A model generated the notes under the pieces. It did no database searches and had not been told where the DNA came from. It was given only the letters and a program-made list of their open reading frames with translations. Both the position numbers and the translations under genes were made by a program. This document shows, piece by piece, positions 1 through 12,235 of a DNA stretch of 64,000 nucleotides. How positions within the stretch are numbered: position 1 is the stretch's first letter; the number at the start of each line of letters is the position of its first letter. This stretch comes from Okamejei kenojei (taxonomy: Eukaryota): assembly GCA_035221665.1 (NCBI GenBank), contig CM069161.1, positions 7,130,001 through 7,194,000 on the forward strand, given 5' to 3'.

Positions 1-1240
1 GATCTCTTGCGTCATTCTAAACTCCTGAAATGCAGCTCAATCCATACCTTACACGTGCTACAATGAAGGCCAGCACATTGCTGTTGCGGCAGCCCATGGG
101 CTTTGGAGAGGTGAAAGGAATGCCAACCTGACGGTGATGCAGATTAGACCCAGTCCCTTGGACAATCTTACTTGCAGTTTCCCAGTGAAGATACCTTCAA
201 AACTACCTACAATTGACTCCGAATCCACAGCTCACACGTTCTATAACCTCTGGGAAACACAGCAGCAGCAGCAGGTCAAACTGGCCATTGATCCTTCCAG
301 TTTTGTGCCTTTTCTGGGAAGCTATTTTCAAGGATAAGTTCATGGATAAATAACTGGCAGAAAAGTCTCAGCAGATTTTTTTTTTAAACTTTGAGCAAAT
401 TTTCCCCCTCATTGCTCCAGTTTTCATGAAAGGAGAATTTGCAGCAAATTATAATTTTTTAATATATATATATATAGTATTTATTTGAATTTTAGCTGTC
501 AATTTGACTGATGCAGTCCATTTTTTTTGCCCACCATCTGAAACGCCGGGCCAAGAATGAGCAGAAGCTGCCGCCCGCTGGTCATTATTATTACTACAGG
601 TTAATTTTCAAAGCGTGGCTGGAATGGACAAAACACCATCAACTGCTTGAAGCAGGCCCACTGGAAGGTGGTGGTGGTGCCTAGTTGCAGCCATTGAAGA
701 GCATAAGAGGAGAAAGACATTGTATTCTCGTTTGTGATCCAGAGCTGGTAGGGCACAAGTGTTTGGGTCGTTGTGAGTTATAGGTCATGATGCACATCTT
801 TTCCTCCCTCGGGGTGCAGTGTATTTGCCCCCCTCCCCCTCTCTTCACAGATGTATCATCCTGCTCTATTTTGTGAGTGAACTTCTCCTAGCAACCCCCC
901 CCCCCCCTTCCGCCACCTTTATCCCAGCCCAGTGACAGGACATCCCTGTCTCTAACTAGCAATGTGGATGAAATTCAGTGTCCTATTTTACACAATTCTT
1001 TTCTATCGTGAAACAGCCACAAATTAAAAGGTACAGTTACACATTTTGTTAAAAAAAAATCATTACCCTGACACTTCCACTGTTGACGATGAGTTCTTGT
1101 TCTGTTCATGGATGTGTTAGTGTACTGGGAGAGACTGTACAGTAAAACCTCCTATAACAAGGCTTTACCTGTGCAGATGTTACTGTTAAACTTTTCATGA
1201 AGTCTACTGGCAAAAGAATAAAGTTATATTTATTCTACAA
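1..1240 (+). other. RARA: Distal 3'UTR and transcript end of retinoic acid receptor alpha (CDS lies left of the window)
   Basis: 1178-1238 (gttactgttaaacttttcatgaagtctactggcaaaagaataaagttatatttattctac) closely resembles the human RARA mRNA end as I recall it (gttactgttgggctttccactgagatctactggataaagaataaagttctatttattcta). GATCCAGAGCTGG at 736-748 is also shared. The stretch is repeat-free and convergent with GJD3, as in mammals. Recalled similarity, not a computed alignment. Confidence 0.75.
1217..1222 (+). terminator. Polyadenylation signal AATAAA of the upstream gene (RARA)
   Basis: Canonical hexamer inside the conserved block, followed by T/GT-rich sequence. Confidence 0.75.
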
Positions 1241-1539
1241 TTATGCATAGTCTTTTCTGAGATAGTGCGTGCATCTTATTTTCCTGAAATTGCATGTTCG
1301 TTTTCTACTGCAGTGAATCAAGGATGATAAATTGGTTTGGACAACGAGGCTGGTCCTCCGGTGCACTCAGCAGTAGGGGTGTCACAGCAGTGCCTGATGG
1401 AAACTTCCATCCCACTCACCAGGAGCCCACAATCTCCCCTCCTGTACCAATAATATAAGCACCCTAGAGGAACAGTGTGGAAACTGGACCTTTGGCCCAC
1501 CGGGTCCGTGCCGACCAGCGATCCCCACAGACATGATCC

Positions 1540-2330
1540 AAATCTCCTGGTCGCTTCACAAGGCCCTTCGGCCCAACTCGTCTGCCGGCCTAGATGTCGA
1601 AAAAGTTAGTCCAATTAGCGTTTGTCCCATGTTCCGTTCTCTCCGTATTTCTACACGAACGTTTTTAAAACGTTAGAATTATACTCGTCTACACCACTTC
1701 CTCTGGCAGGTTGTTCTATTTCCCCACTAACCCATGTGTGAAAAACCTGCCCCTCAGTCCTCTGAATCTTTTCCCTCACCTTCAGCCCATAAATACCCTC
1801 TAGTTTTAGACTCCCTCCCTGGAGAAAATAACTGTGACTATCCACCTTATAATTGCATGTTTCTATAAGATCCCCCTCATCCTTCTAAACTCCAGTGAAT
1901 ACAAGCCTAGTCTTTTCAATCTTTCGTCATATGACAGTCCCGCCATCCCAGGGATCAATCGCGTGAACCTACGCTGCACAGCCTCAATCATAAGGATGTC
2001 CTTCCTCAAATTAGGAGACCAAAACTGGACACAATACTCTGGATGTGGTCTCACCAGAGCCCTATACAACTGCAGAAGAACCTCTCTACTCCTATACTGA
2101 AATTCTCTTGTTATGAAGGCCAACATTCCATTAGCTTTCTTCACTGCCTGCTGTACCTGCACTTATCTATGCTCCTCGTGATTTTATATATCGCTAAAAA
2201 AAGATGTCCTCGCAACCTCCTAAGCTCCAGGGAGAAATGTCCGAATCTTATCTAAGTTCCCTTTGTAGCACAAGCCCGCCAATCCCGGTAACTTTCACCT
2301 TGATCTTTTCTGCACCTTTTCCAGCTTACT
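1540..2330 (-). mobile_element. CR1-clade LINE 3' fragments; a younger piece at ~1864-2162 lies inside an older one
   Basis: ORF 1863-2162 ([43 protein letters not shown]) is the typical CR1 ORF2 C-terminal region; the flanks are decayed CR1 3' sequence. Confidence 0.85.
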
Positions 2331-2427
2331 CGACTTCCAGGTGTGGTTCTTTGCACCAAGCATTGCTTTTAGTTGCCTAGCCTGGATGATAGGGCCAAAT
2401 GCAAAGCAAATCCATGGATCAAGAAAT

Positions 2428-2510
2428 TTAAGAAGGAACTGTAGATGCTGGAAAATCGAAGGTAGACAAAAATGCTGGAGAAACTCAGCGGGTGAGGCAG
2501 CATCTATGGA
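2428..2510 (-). mobile_element. Penelope-like element terminal-repeat fragment
   Basis: aaggaactgtagatgctgg...gctggagaaactcagcgggtgaggcagcatct, same family as the hammerhead-bearing repeats elsewhere in the window. Confidence 0.6.
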
Positions 2511-3324
2511 TGACGAAGTTGGGAAAAGTGCTTTCCTTCCGGCCACTAGGAGTTGAGTTGAGTGTGTTCTCCTCTGCTGACCTGCAGGAGTAGGTACTTG
2601 GGAAAGGGCAGGTGAGGAGACTGCTGACAATACACAGTCACATTCCATCAAGAACAAAACACCAGGAAAACTGGGCAAAATGGGTTGTCAAAAATGGTTC
2701 CCATTGCAGAATTAACAATCGTAACCCTTGGTTTTAACGGTAGGTAATCACATTCCTATTTCTATTATACGAGTCACTGGCCAAAAGGCTATACATAGTG
2801 TGGTTTTAGATAAACACAAAGTTCTGGAGTAGCTCAGCGGGTCAGGCAGCATCTCTGGAGAAGAAGGAATGGGTGACGCTTTGGGTCAGAGTTTGAAGAA
2901 GGCCCCATAATGATGCCCCCCCCTCCAGTTGTCACAGAGTCAGAGAGTCATAGACTAATACAGCAGGGAATCAAACCCTTTGGCCCACCCTGTCCATGCT
3001 CACCGTGTTGGCATTATGGGCTAGTCCCATTCTCTCGTATTTGGCCTATATCCCTCCACCTTAATTTTAAAATCACAAATAACTCCTCTTTGGTCATTTG
3101 TATATGATCTGAGTATCATATGCCTCAATGTTTTTAGCTTCTTTGATCTTCTCCACAATTAAAAGAGATGAGAGATATTAAATGAATATTTCTCCCATCT
3201 TTTGTGGCTGTGTACAAATACAGCCGTGCTGATCTTACGATTCAATTACCTGAACAATCACTTTGGATTTTCCTTTACCTTGTCTGCCACGTCTAGATGT
3301 CCTCCCACATACTCGCTGGGGGAT

Positions 3325-4260
3325 TAGCATAGAACGGTGGGTGTATGGAGCGAGCTGCTGGAGGAGGTAGTTGTGGCAGATGCTACCACAATGTTCAAGA
3401 AACATTTAGACAGGTACATGGATGGTAATAGGTTTGGAAGGATAGGGGCCAAACGCAGGCAGGTGGAACTAGTGTAGATGGGGCATGTTGGTCGGCATGG
3501 GCAAGTTGGGCTGAAGGGCCTGTTTCCATGCTGTATCACTCTCTGAATATTGCAGCACAAGAACTGGCCCTTTAGCCCACACTTTGGGCCGAACATGGTG
3601 CCAAGTCCATCTCTTATCTGAATCAGACATCAGTCTGAAGAAGGGTCGCGAGTCTCGACCCGAAACGCCACCCATTCCTTCTCTCCAGAGATGCTGCCTG
3701 TCCCGCAGTTACTCCAGCATTTTGTGTCCATCCCTTAACTACCTGTGCGTAATCCATATCCGTCCATTCCCTGCATACCCATGTGCTTATCCACTATTGT
3801 ATCTGTCTCAACCACCACCCCCTGGCAGTATGTTCCAGGCACCCACCACCCTCTGTGTAAAAAAACTTTCCCCACACATCTCCTTTAAACTTTGCCCCTC
3901 TCACCTTAAAGCTGTGCCCTCTAGTATTTGATTTTTCCATCCTTGGACAAAGGTACTGACTATCTGCTCGATCTATGCCTCTCATATTTGTATCTACATC
4001 TATCAGGTCTTCCGCAACTTCCGAGCGTTCCAGAGAAAACAATTCTGTACAAATTCTGTCCAACTTCTCCCTGTAGCTAATACCACATAATCCAGGCGTC
4101 ATTCTGGTAAACCTCCTCTGCCCCCTCTCCAACGCCTCCACATCCTTCCCGTAATGGGGCGACCAGAACTACACGTAATATTCCAAATGTGGCTGAACCA
4201 AAGTCCTGTAATGTTGCATCATGCCATCCTGACTCTTATACTCAATGTCCCGACCTATGA
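3325..4260. mobile_element. Cluster of CR1 3' fragments (+ 3325-3545; - 3555-4260) with a Penelope terminal repeat inserted at ~3625-3732
   Basis: ORF 3794-4141 (QRRFTRMTPGL...TRGHSFKVRG) is CR1 ORF2; ctgaagaagggtc...gacccgaaacg lies at ~3634-3667. Confidence 0.8.
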
Positions 4261-4496
4261 AGGCAAGCAGGTTTGTAGGTTAATTGGCTTGGTCAATGTA
4301 AAAATTGCCCCTTGCTGTTCGGCATGGACCCGATGGGCCGAAGGGCCTGTTTCCGTGCTGTATCTCTAAACTAAACTGAACTAAAAATAATGACTTATTT
4401 ACCACGCTATCTACTTGTGTGGCCACTTTCAGGGAGATACAGACTTAAATTCCAAGACCCCCCTGCTGTCACTGCTGTCCAGTATCTTGTCATGAT

Positions 4497-5110
4497 TTGA
4501 GTATAGGAGCAGGGAGGTTCTACTGCAGTTGTACAGGGTATTGGTGCGACCACACGTGGAGTATTGCGTACAGTTTTGGTCTCAAATCTGTGGAAATACA
4601 TTCTTGCCATAGAGGAGGTACAGAGAAGGTTCACCAGACTGATTCCTGGGATGTCAGGACTTCATATGAGGAAAGACTGGATAGACTCGGCTTGTACTCG
4701 CTAGAATTTAGAAGATTGAGGGGGGATCTTATAGAAACTTACAAAATTCTTAGGGCGTTGGACTGGCTAGATGCAGGAATATTGTTCCCGATGTTGGGGA
4801 GGTTCAGAACAAGGGGTCACAGTCTAAGGATAAGGGGGAGTTCATTTAGGACCGAGATGAGGAAAACATCTTTCACACAGAGAGTGGTGAGTCTCTGGAA
4901 TTCTCTGCCACAGAAGGTAGTTGAGGCCTGTTCATTGGCTGTATTTAAGAGGGAGTTAGATGTGGCCCTTGAGGCTAGAGGGATCAGGGGGTATGGAGAG
5001 AAGGCAGGTACAGGATACTGAGTTGGATGATCAGCCATGATCATATTGAATGGCGGTGCAGGCTCGAAGGGCCGAATGGCCTACTCCTGCACCTATTTTC
5101 TATGTTTCTT
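4497..5110 (+). mobile_element. 5'-truncated CR1 LINE (end of ORF2 plus 3'UTR), frameshifted
   Basis: YEERLDRLGLYSLEFRRLRGDLIETYKIL...TRGHSLRIRG...FTQRVVSLWNSLP; tail gccgaatggcctactcctgcacctattttctatgtttct. Confidence 0.9.
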
Positions 5111-5424
5111 TAAATTGTATATTATTCCATTACATTTGACCTTACTGTGGACGCAAATTAAAACAAAACTCCTTGTGTATTTTTCTGATCTTGGGCATTT
5201 ACCATCCCCTCATTCACATTGTTAACACAGTAAAATGGCTGTGTATTAAGGCAGTGATTGCCCCTTGTACACTTGACGCAGGCTCAGCACCAATCGCTGC
5301 CTCCCCCATTGTTAATACTCTCCCAAGTTGCTTTGTGTCTGAAAGGCTTTTGACTGGGACTTCATCAAAAATTAGTGAAAAACCTTAGTTTGCTTTTTCT
5401 ATTTTATATTCACCCTGATCAGTT

Positions 5425-5880
5425 GTCAAGTCAAGTCAGGTTTATTCGTCACTTACACATACGAGATGTGCAGTGAAATGAAAAGTGGCATTGCGGATTG
5501 TGCAAAAAAACTACAAAACAGAATGGAACAGAATCACATATTACATATTTGTGGGAGGAAAAAAAAGAAAAAACAGCAATTTAAAAAAAGACACCACACA
5601 ACAGTAAATTGGTCCAGTAAAGTTAGTCCCTGGTGAGATAGGCGTTTACAGTCCTAATGGCCTCTGGGAAGAAACTCCTTCTCATCCTCTCCGTTTTCAC
5701 AGCATGGCAACAGAGGTGTTTGCCTGACCGTAGCAGCTGGAACAGTCCGTTACTGGGGTGGAAGGGGTCTCCCATGATCTTGTTGGTTCTGGAGATGAAC
5801 CTTCTGATGTAGAGTTCCTGCGGGGGGGCGAGTGTAGTTCCCATAGTGTGCTCGGCTGAACGCACTACTCTCTGCATTGT
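5425..5880 (-). mobile_element. Rex1/Babar-type LINE 3' fragment
   Basis: ORF 5623-5892 (QRVVRSAEHTMG...KIMGDPFHPSNGLFQLLRSG...RRSFFPEAIR); AATAAA plus (GACTT)n tail near 5425-5447. Confidence 0.8.
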
Positions 5881-5949
5881 GTTTTCCAGCATTCAGGGCA
5901 GATTTGACTGAAGACTGCATTTTTTTGTGTGGGAGAGTACTTACCTTAA

Positions 5950-6235
5950 AGATGTAGCGTAGAAACGCTCTTCACCCACCGAGTCCGCGCTGACCAGCGA
6001 TCACCCCTACACTAGCACTATCCTACACGCCAGGGACAGGTTACAAATTTACCTGTGTTCACCAATTAACCTACAAATCTGCACATCTTTGGAGTGTGGG
6101 AGGAAACCGGAGCACCCAGAGAAAACCCACACAGGTCACGGGGAGAACGTACAAACTCCTTACCTAATAGTTAGGATTGAACCTGGGTCTCTAGCGCTGT
6201 AGGCAGCGACTCTACTGCTGCTCACCATGCCACCG
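5950..6235 (-). mobile_element. HE1-type tRNA-derived V-SINE
   Basis: tRNA-like head, central V-domain (ttcctcccacactccaaag), CR1-like tail. Confidence 0.85.
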
Positions 6236-7384
6236 CTATTACGCACCAGTACAGCGTAAAAGTTAAACGTGAATATTTTGTTTCCAGGCCACGTATGTAT
6301 TAACCGTGCTTTCCGACACATTGTTTTAAACAAAACACACTGGCTGGAGGGATTACAATGTTATCCAAAATTTCGGCATCTATTGCCACCGCGGATGCTG
6401 ACTGATCCACTGAGTTCCTTCTGCACCTCATGTTTTGTTCAGGATTACAGCATCTGCAGTTCCATGTGTCTTTTCATTGTCCCTCGGTACACGTGACAAT
6501 GAACTCAGCTCATACTCAACATTTTTGACAGGCTTGCTGATGTAGACTTAACATTCTGCAGAATGATGAACGATATCAAACACGTCCTGATGCAGGATTA
6601 TAACTCGAAAGATTGCCTTCCTCTTTGCAGTGGTGCAGCGGGTAGAGCAGCTGCCCCACAGCGCCAGCGGTTTGATCCTGACCACCATTGACGTCTGTCT
6701 TTGCTACAAACCAACATTTGCAGTTATTTGTTTTTACTAAACTGAAATGCTGTTTGACCCGCTGAGTTTCGGCAGCAGTTTGCTTTTTGGCTTCAGCACC
6801 AGCCTCTGCGGTCTCTTGTGTAGGAAAAACATGCTTTTTTAAGTTCCATAACATTGTTTGGGTGCCACTACCATTCACTGTTTTCCACGATGAAAATTGT
6901 AATCCCTTTTCTCCTGCAGTAGGGAGCAGTAGTGATTCAAGAATTAGTGTGTGCCTGGAATCAGGTGATAAACAAACAGAAATATATATTACAAACTGTA
7001 GTGCGAGTGCCCAGTAACTCAACGTCGTGAGACTTGTTAACTCGTGAAAAAAATACTTCAAGTTAAAAATGGAAACTAAGGGGGGTGAGACCCTTCTCTC
7101 TGCCTGACGATGTATATGCCGATTTGTGTCCTATTTTTGTAAACCAGCATCTGCAGTTCCTTGTTTCTACAGGAATATGTTGTTTCATCTTTAACTGTCA
7201 TCTTTCAAATTTTAGTCAGTATTATTTTAGCTACAGGCCTTAACCCTCACTTGATGGGTTAACATTGTAGGCCTGACCGTCTTAGCAGCAGCGGGGAGCC
7301 ACCAGAGCAGTTTCAAAGTTTGTTTACAGGTAAGGACTTGTTGCTTTTCAGGACCGACTGCCTCAGTGGCAAGTTAAAGTGAGC

Positions 7385-7500
7385 AGTCATGTTGGCATGG
7401 CCACATTGGTGAGGTCATGTTGGAGTGGCCACATTGGAGAGGTCATGTTGGCATGGCCACATTGGTGAGGTCAAGTTGGAGCAGCTATGTTAGAGCGGCC
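7385..7500 (+). repeat. 28-bp tandem repeat (ggtcatgttggcatggccacattggtga), about 3-4 copies with a 14-bp subperiod
   Basis: Directly visible; lies in the presumed CR1 5'UTR. Confidence 0.85.
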
Positions 7501-8110
7501 ATTTTGAGAGGGCCTACTTTGAGGTGGAAGCGCTGCTGGTCGGACAAAGGTGGGCTTTGGTGAATAGCCAAGCTTCGGTGAGGAGAGTGCGTAGAAATAA
7601 TCAAGTTAAGGGCACAGTAAGGTGTTTAAGATTGATTTTTCCTTGATTTATTTTGAGTATTGAAGGGGCCGTTATGGCGGTCGGTGGAGTGGTGTGCGCC
7701 TCCTGTCTGATGTGGGAGATAGGGAGCAGCCAAGGGAAATGGGTTCCTACGAGCCAAGGGAAATGGGTTCAGCCGCAGCTCCTCCCAGACAGCAGGAGTC
7801 GGTCAGAAACATAGACAATAGGTGCAGGAGGCGGCCATTCGGCCCTTCGAGCCAGCACCACCATTCATTATGATCATGGCTGATCATCCACAATCAGTAC
7901 CCTGTTCCTGCTTTCTCCCCATATCCCTTGATTCCGAAGAGCTAAATCTAACTCTCTCTTGAATACATCTGAACAGCAGCTGGACACACCGAGGAGAGAG
8001 CTGCCGAGCGGTTTCAGAATGGTGTGGCCGCACCAAAGGTTCAACCAGGTGGGCAGGTGACCACCAGGTGAGGTGGCGCAGTAGCTTCCTGTGGTTGTTT
8101 CCCCCAGAGT

Positions 8111-8705
8111 TGGCGGCCACAGTGGCTCAGCGGTAGAGTTGCTGCCTTATGCCCTGTCCCACTTAGGAAACCTGAACGGAAACCTCTGGAGACTTTGCAC
8201 CCCACCCAAGGTTTCCGTGCGGTTCCCTGAGGTTTGTTGTCCTCCTTCAACCACCTTCAACTAGCACCGCAACCGGCTTAGACTAAAATATTACCAATTT
8301 TTAAAGCGGAAACCATTTTCGACCATTAGGGAGACTGACAAAAACCTCCGGAAACCGCACGGAAACCTTGGGTGGGGCGCAAAGTCTCCAGAGGGTTCCG
8401 TTCAGTTTTCCTAAGTGGGACAGGGGCATTACAGCGCTCTTAGCGCCAGACACCCGGGTTCAATCCCGACTACGGGTGCTGTCTGTACGGAGTTTTACGT
8501 TCTCCCTGTGACCACGTGGGTTTTCAGTTTCCTCCCACACTCCAAAGACGTGCAGGTTTGTAGGTTAATTAGCTTGGTAAAAAAATGTTAATTGTCCCTA
8601 GTCTGTGTCGGATAGTGTTAATGTGCGGGAATCGCTGGTCGGTGAGGACCTGGTAGGCCGAAGGGCCTGTTTCCATGTTGTATCTCTAAATTAAACTAAA
8701 TTAAA
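8111..8705 (+). mobile_element. HE1-type SINE split by a MITE
   Basis: Head tggctcagcggtagagttgctgcc-tta resumes as tta-cagcgct at 8429; tail tatctctaaattaaactaaa. Confidence 0.9.
8150..8428. mobile_element. PIF/Harbinger-type MITE
   Basis: Long (~75 bp) terminal inverted repeats starting tgccctgtcccacttaggaaac; TTA duplication at 8147-8149 and 8429-8431. Confidence 0.85.
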
Positions 8706-9139
8706 TTAAACAATCCATTTGGATAATGTTGGCGGATATTGCTTCCCAGGAGCAACTAACAGTAGCAGCCAGAACAGTAACAGCATGCCTGTACTGTTGA
8801 ACAGCAGGGTAGCACTCATTCTAGGTAGGTGAGTGTAATGGGGGACTCCATAGTCAGGGGTACGGCCAGGGGGATGTTTCTCTGGCCACAGTGTCTCTGA
8901 GCGGCATAGGACATTCTGAGAGGGCAGGGTGAGCTGACAGTGGTCATGTCTATATTGGTAGCAATGGTAAAGGAAGAGTGCTGAAGTCCTGCAAAGAGAA
9001 TTAAGGAAGTTTGGCAGTAGAGTAAAAATCAGGACCTTCAATCATTGTTCTCTCTGGTTTAATACCTGTGCTATGAGCTAGTTAGGCAAGAGTTATAGCT
9101 TTGACCTTGACCTTCGGTGCTGGCTGTTCGGAGTTGGAA

Positions 9140-10690
9140 TAAGTTCATGTCATAGGAGCAGAATTAGGCCATTTGGCCCATCGAGTCTACTCCGCCATTC
9201 AATGATGGCTGATCTATCCTTCCCTCGCAACTCCATTCTCCTGCCTTCTCCCCTCATGTTCTCCTCATGACCATGTGAGGCTTTTCTTCGGGTGCTGGAG
9301 TTTAATTCCACATCTCTTGCGATGTGAGGTAGGTTATGTGGTCCATGATCGATAAAATTCTGAGAGGCGTAGATAGGAAAGACAGTCAGAACCTTATTCC
9401 CATGGTGGAAATGTCATGGACTAGAGGGCACAGCTTTAAGGTGAATGGGGCAATGTATAAAGAAGACCAGAGGGGCAAGTTTTTAAAAAAAAAATACTGT
9501 GTATGGAAGGCACTTGGAACGTGCAGCCAGGAATGGAAAAAAGCAGTGTGATAGATAGTGTTTTACAAGACTTTTTGGATAGGCACATGGATATACAGGC
9601 AGTGGTGGCATATGGATCATATGCAGGCAGATGAGATTAGTTTATCTTGATATCTTGTTTGGCTCGGACATTGTAGGCCAAAGGGCCTGTTCCTGTGCTG
9701 GACTGTTCTATGTCCTATAAATTGCCGCTTAGTGTAGCTTCATGGCAAAAAGAATCAAAAGCTGATAACTTTTCTCAAATAGTTGATCACTAATAGAATC
9801 AAAAATTCATAATCAAAAGAGAATAACTCAGAAGAAAATGGGCATGGACGGATGGGGCTAACAGAATAAATAGTTCAGCTGAGAGACAGAAAGGTCGGGA
9901 TGAACCAACTGGTCTCCTTCTACGTACGAGCAAGTCAGTAAGTGAAAGGTCATGAGCCAGAGATTCCCAGAGTAAATGGAGATATTGAATTTCCTCAAGG
10001 AGGTTTTGAGGATACCCTTGAATCTTTCCCTGTCTCTCTGCATGGTAATCCCCTCACGTAACGGAGCCCCAAAATAGAGTGACTGACTCAGGAATCTGTC
10101 TGCTCCCACAACAGCAGCAAAGTAATATAATGTGCACAAGATCATGAGAGGAACAGATAGCGTAAATGCACAGTCTTTTACCCAGAGTAGGGGAAACAAG
10201 AACCAGAGGTTTAAGGAACCTCATGGTTTTTTACACGAAGGGTGATGGGTATATTGAACGAGGTGCCAGAGGAGGTAGTTGAGGCAGGTGCTATCACAAT
10301 GAACTATAGAACGGTGATGAGGAAGAACTTTTCTTTAGTCAGAGAGTGGTGAATGTGTGGAATTCATTGCCACAGACGGCTGTGGATGCCAAGTCATTAG
10401 GTATTTTTAAGGCGCAATTTGACAGATTCTCGATTAGTACGGGTGTCAGGGGTTATGGGGAGAAGACAGGAGAACGGCGGAGAAGATTTGATGGGCCAAA
10501 TGGTCTAATTCTGCTCTTATAACGTCGGAACTTATGAACAACGTTTAAAATAACATTTGGACAGACATGGATAAGACATGTTTAGAGGGATATGGGCCAA
10601 ATGCAGGCAGGTGAGACTAATGTAGATGGGACATACTGATCAGTGTGGGCAAATTGGGCCAAAGGGCCTGTTCCCACGCTGAATGACTCT
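9140..10690. mobile_element. Several decayed CR1 3' fragments (- 9140-9255; + 9345-9715; + 10125-10690)
   Basis: TRGHSFKV-type coding remnants and gggccaaagggcctgtt tails. Confidence 0.75.
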
Positions 10691-11239
10691 AAGATCAGAT
10701 ACTTTACAGATATTAGATGGTAACTATTACCCAGATGTATCCTGTTCCTATTTGTGGGATTGTTTTCATGCACCTGAAGAACAGGTGCTTAGTTTTGGCA
10801 CGAAGGAACACTCATGCAGAACGTGGCGCTCCAGCATTCAGTCAGTACAGTGGCAACATCTATACAGCACCTTTAACATGGGTACACATCCCAAGATACC
10901 TTCCAGGGGATTGATACAAAGTCACTTAAGGAGCTAATTATCCCATAATTTATATATATACCTACGGCCGTCTTTTTTGGCCAGCTCGCACAGAGCCCCC
11001 CCTCCGCCTTCCTGGACCAGAGGATTTTCCCATCGATGAAAAATCAGAGAGGTATTAATGTTTTTTAAAATTTGGCCATTCTCTCTGCTGCCCCTGCTGG
11101 AGGGAGGGGGAGGGACTATAAAACCAGGAAATGGGTGTGCCTCAATCAATCTCTGCAGGATGGAGGAAGCCAGAGGGTCACGTCTCTCGGAGCTCTGAAT
11201 AGCACTGAAGACATCTACTCAACTGTGAGTGCCCTTAAT

Positions 11240-12235
11240 GTGGTTCTATGCTTGCAAAAAATGTCTATTGGTTCTACATGCTTGCAGAAAGTGTCTATTG
11301 GTTCTAAAATGCTTGCAAAAAGTGTCTATTCATTCTAAAATGCTTGCAGAAAGTGTCTATTGGTTCAAAACTGCTTGCAAAACGTCTGTCTATTGGATCT
11401 AAAATGGTTGCAGGAAGAGTGTCTTTATTGGTTCTAAAATGGTTGCAGAAAGAGTGTCTATTGGTTTGAAAATGCTTGCAGAAAGATTGTCACTATTGGT
11501 TCTAAAATGCTTGCAAAAAGTGTGTCTATTGGTTCTAAAATGCTTGCAAAAAGTGTATATTGGTTCTAAAATACTTGCAAAAAGTGTCTGTTGGTTCTAA
11601 AATGCTTGCAAAAAATGTCTATTGGTTCTAAAATGCTTGCAGAAAGTGTCTCTATTGGTTCTAAAATGCTTGCATGAAAAGTGTCTCTATTGGTTCTAAA
11701 ATGCTTGCAGAAAGAGTGTATTGGTTCTCAAATGCTGGCAGAAAAAGTATCTCAATTGGTTCGCAAATGCTTGCAGAAATAGTGTCTCTATTGGTTCTAA
11801 AATTCGTGCAGAAAAAGTGTCTCTATTGGTTCTCAAATGCTTGCAGAAAGAGTGTCTCTATTGGTTCCAAAATGCTTGCACAAGGTATCTATTGGATCTA
11901 AAATGCTTGCAGAAAGTGTCTCTGTTGGTTCTAAAATGCTTGCAAAAAGTGTGTCTATGGTTCTAAGATGCTTGCAAAAAGTGTGTCTATTGGTTCTAAA
12001 ATGCTTGCAAAAAGTGTGTCTATTAGTTCTAAAATGCTTGCAAAAAGTGTGTCTATTAGTTCTAAAATGCTTGCAAAAGGTGTGTCTATGGTTCTAAGAT
12101 GCTTGCAAAAAGTGTGTCTATTGGTTCTAAAATGCTTGCAAAAAGTGTGTCTATTGGTTCTAAAATGCTTGCAAAAGGTGTCTCTATTGGTTCTAAAATA
12201 CTTGCAAAAAGTGTCTCAATTGGTTCTAAAATGCT
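11240..12235 (+). repeat. Minisatellite, ~31-34 bp unit (gtgtctattggttctaaaatgcttgcaaaaa), about 30 copies
   Basis: Directly visible; it produces the repetitive spurious ORFs at 11674-12469. Confidence 0.97.

Larger units (their letters stand above)
7330..9090 (+). mobile_element. Decayed CR1 5'UTR and ORF1 (Zn-finger plus esterase), interrupted by younger insertions
   Basis: atggcggtcggtggagtggtgtgcgcctcctgtctgatgtgggag at ~7674 encodes MAVGGVVCASCLMWE; ggggactccatagtcaggggt at ~8841 encodes the GDSIVRG esterase motif; the 5'UTR has tandem repeats. Confidence 0.7.

Noticed and set aside
134-337. 67-aa ORF with poly-Q as the last RARA coding exon
   Set aside because: It does not resemble the RAR ligand-binding or F domain; the region reads as UTR
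4405-4497. Twin-priming 5' inversion of the CR1 at 4497-5110
   Set aside because: The inverted piece looks older and from a different subfamily, and no TSD was identified
7410-7475. Repeated AGGTCA half-sites as a retinoic-acid response element
   Set aside because: The 22-nt spacing is set by the tandem unit of a CR1 5'UTR and is not DR1, DR2 or DR5
9102-9113. Perfect DR0 nuclear-receptor element (TGACCTTGACCT) near RARA
   Set aside because: It lies in a decayed SINE B-box-like segment (compare ttcgatcctgacc..gggtgctg), so it is most simply a mutational by-product
11240-12235. CRISPR-like array
   Set aside because: Units are directly adjacent with no unique spacers, there are no cas genes, and the context is vertebrate
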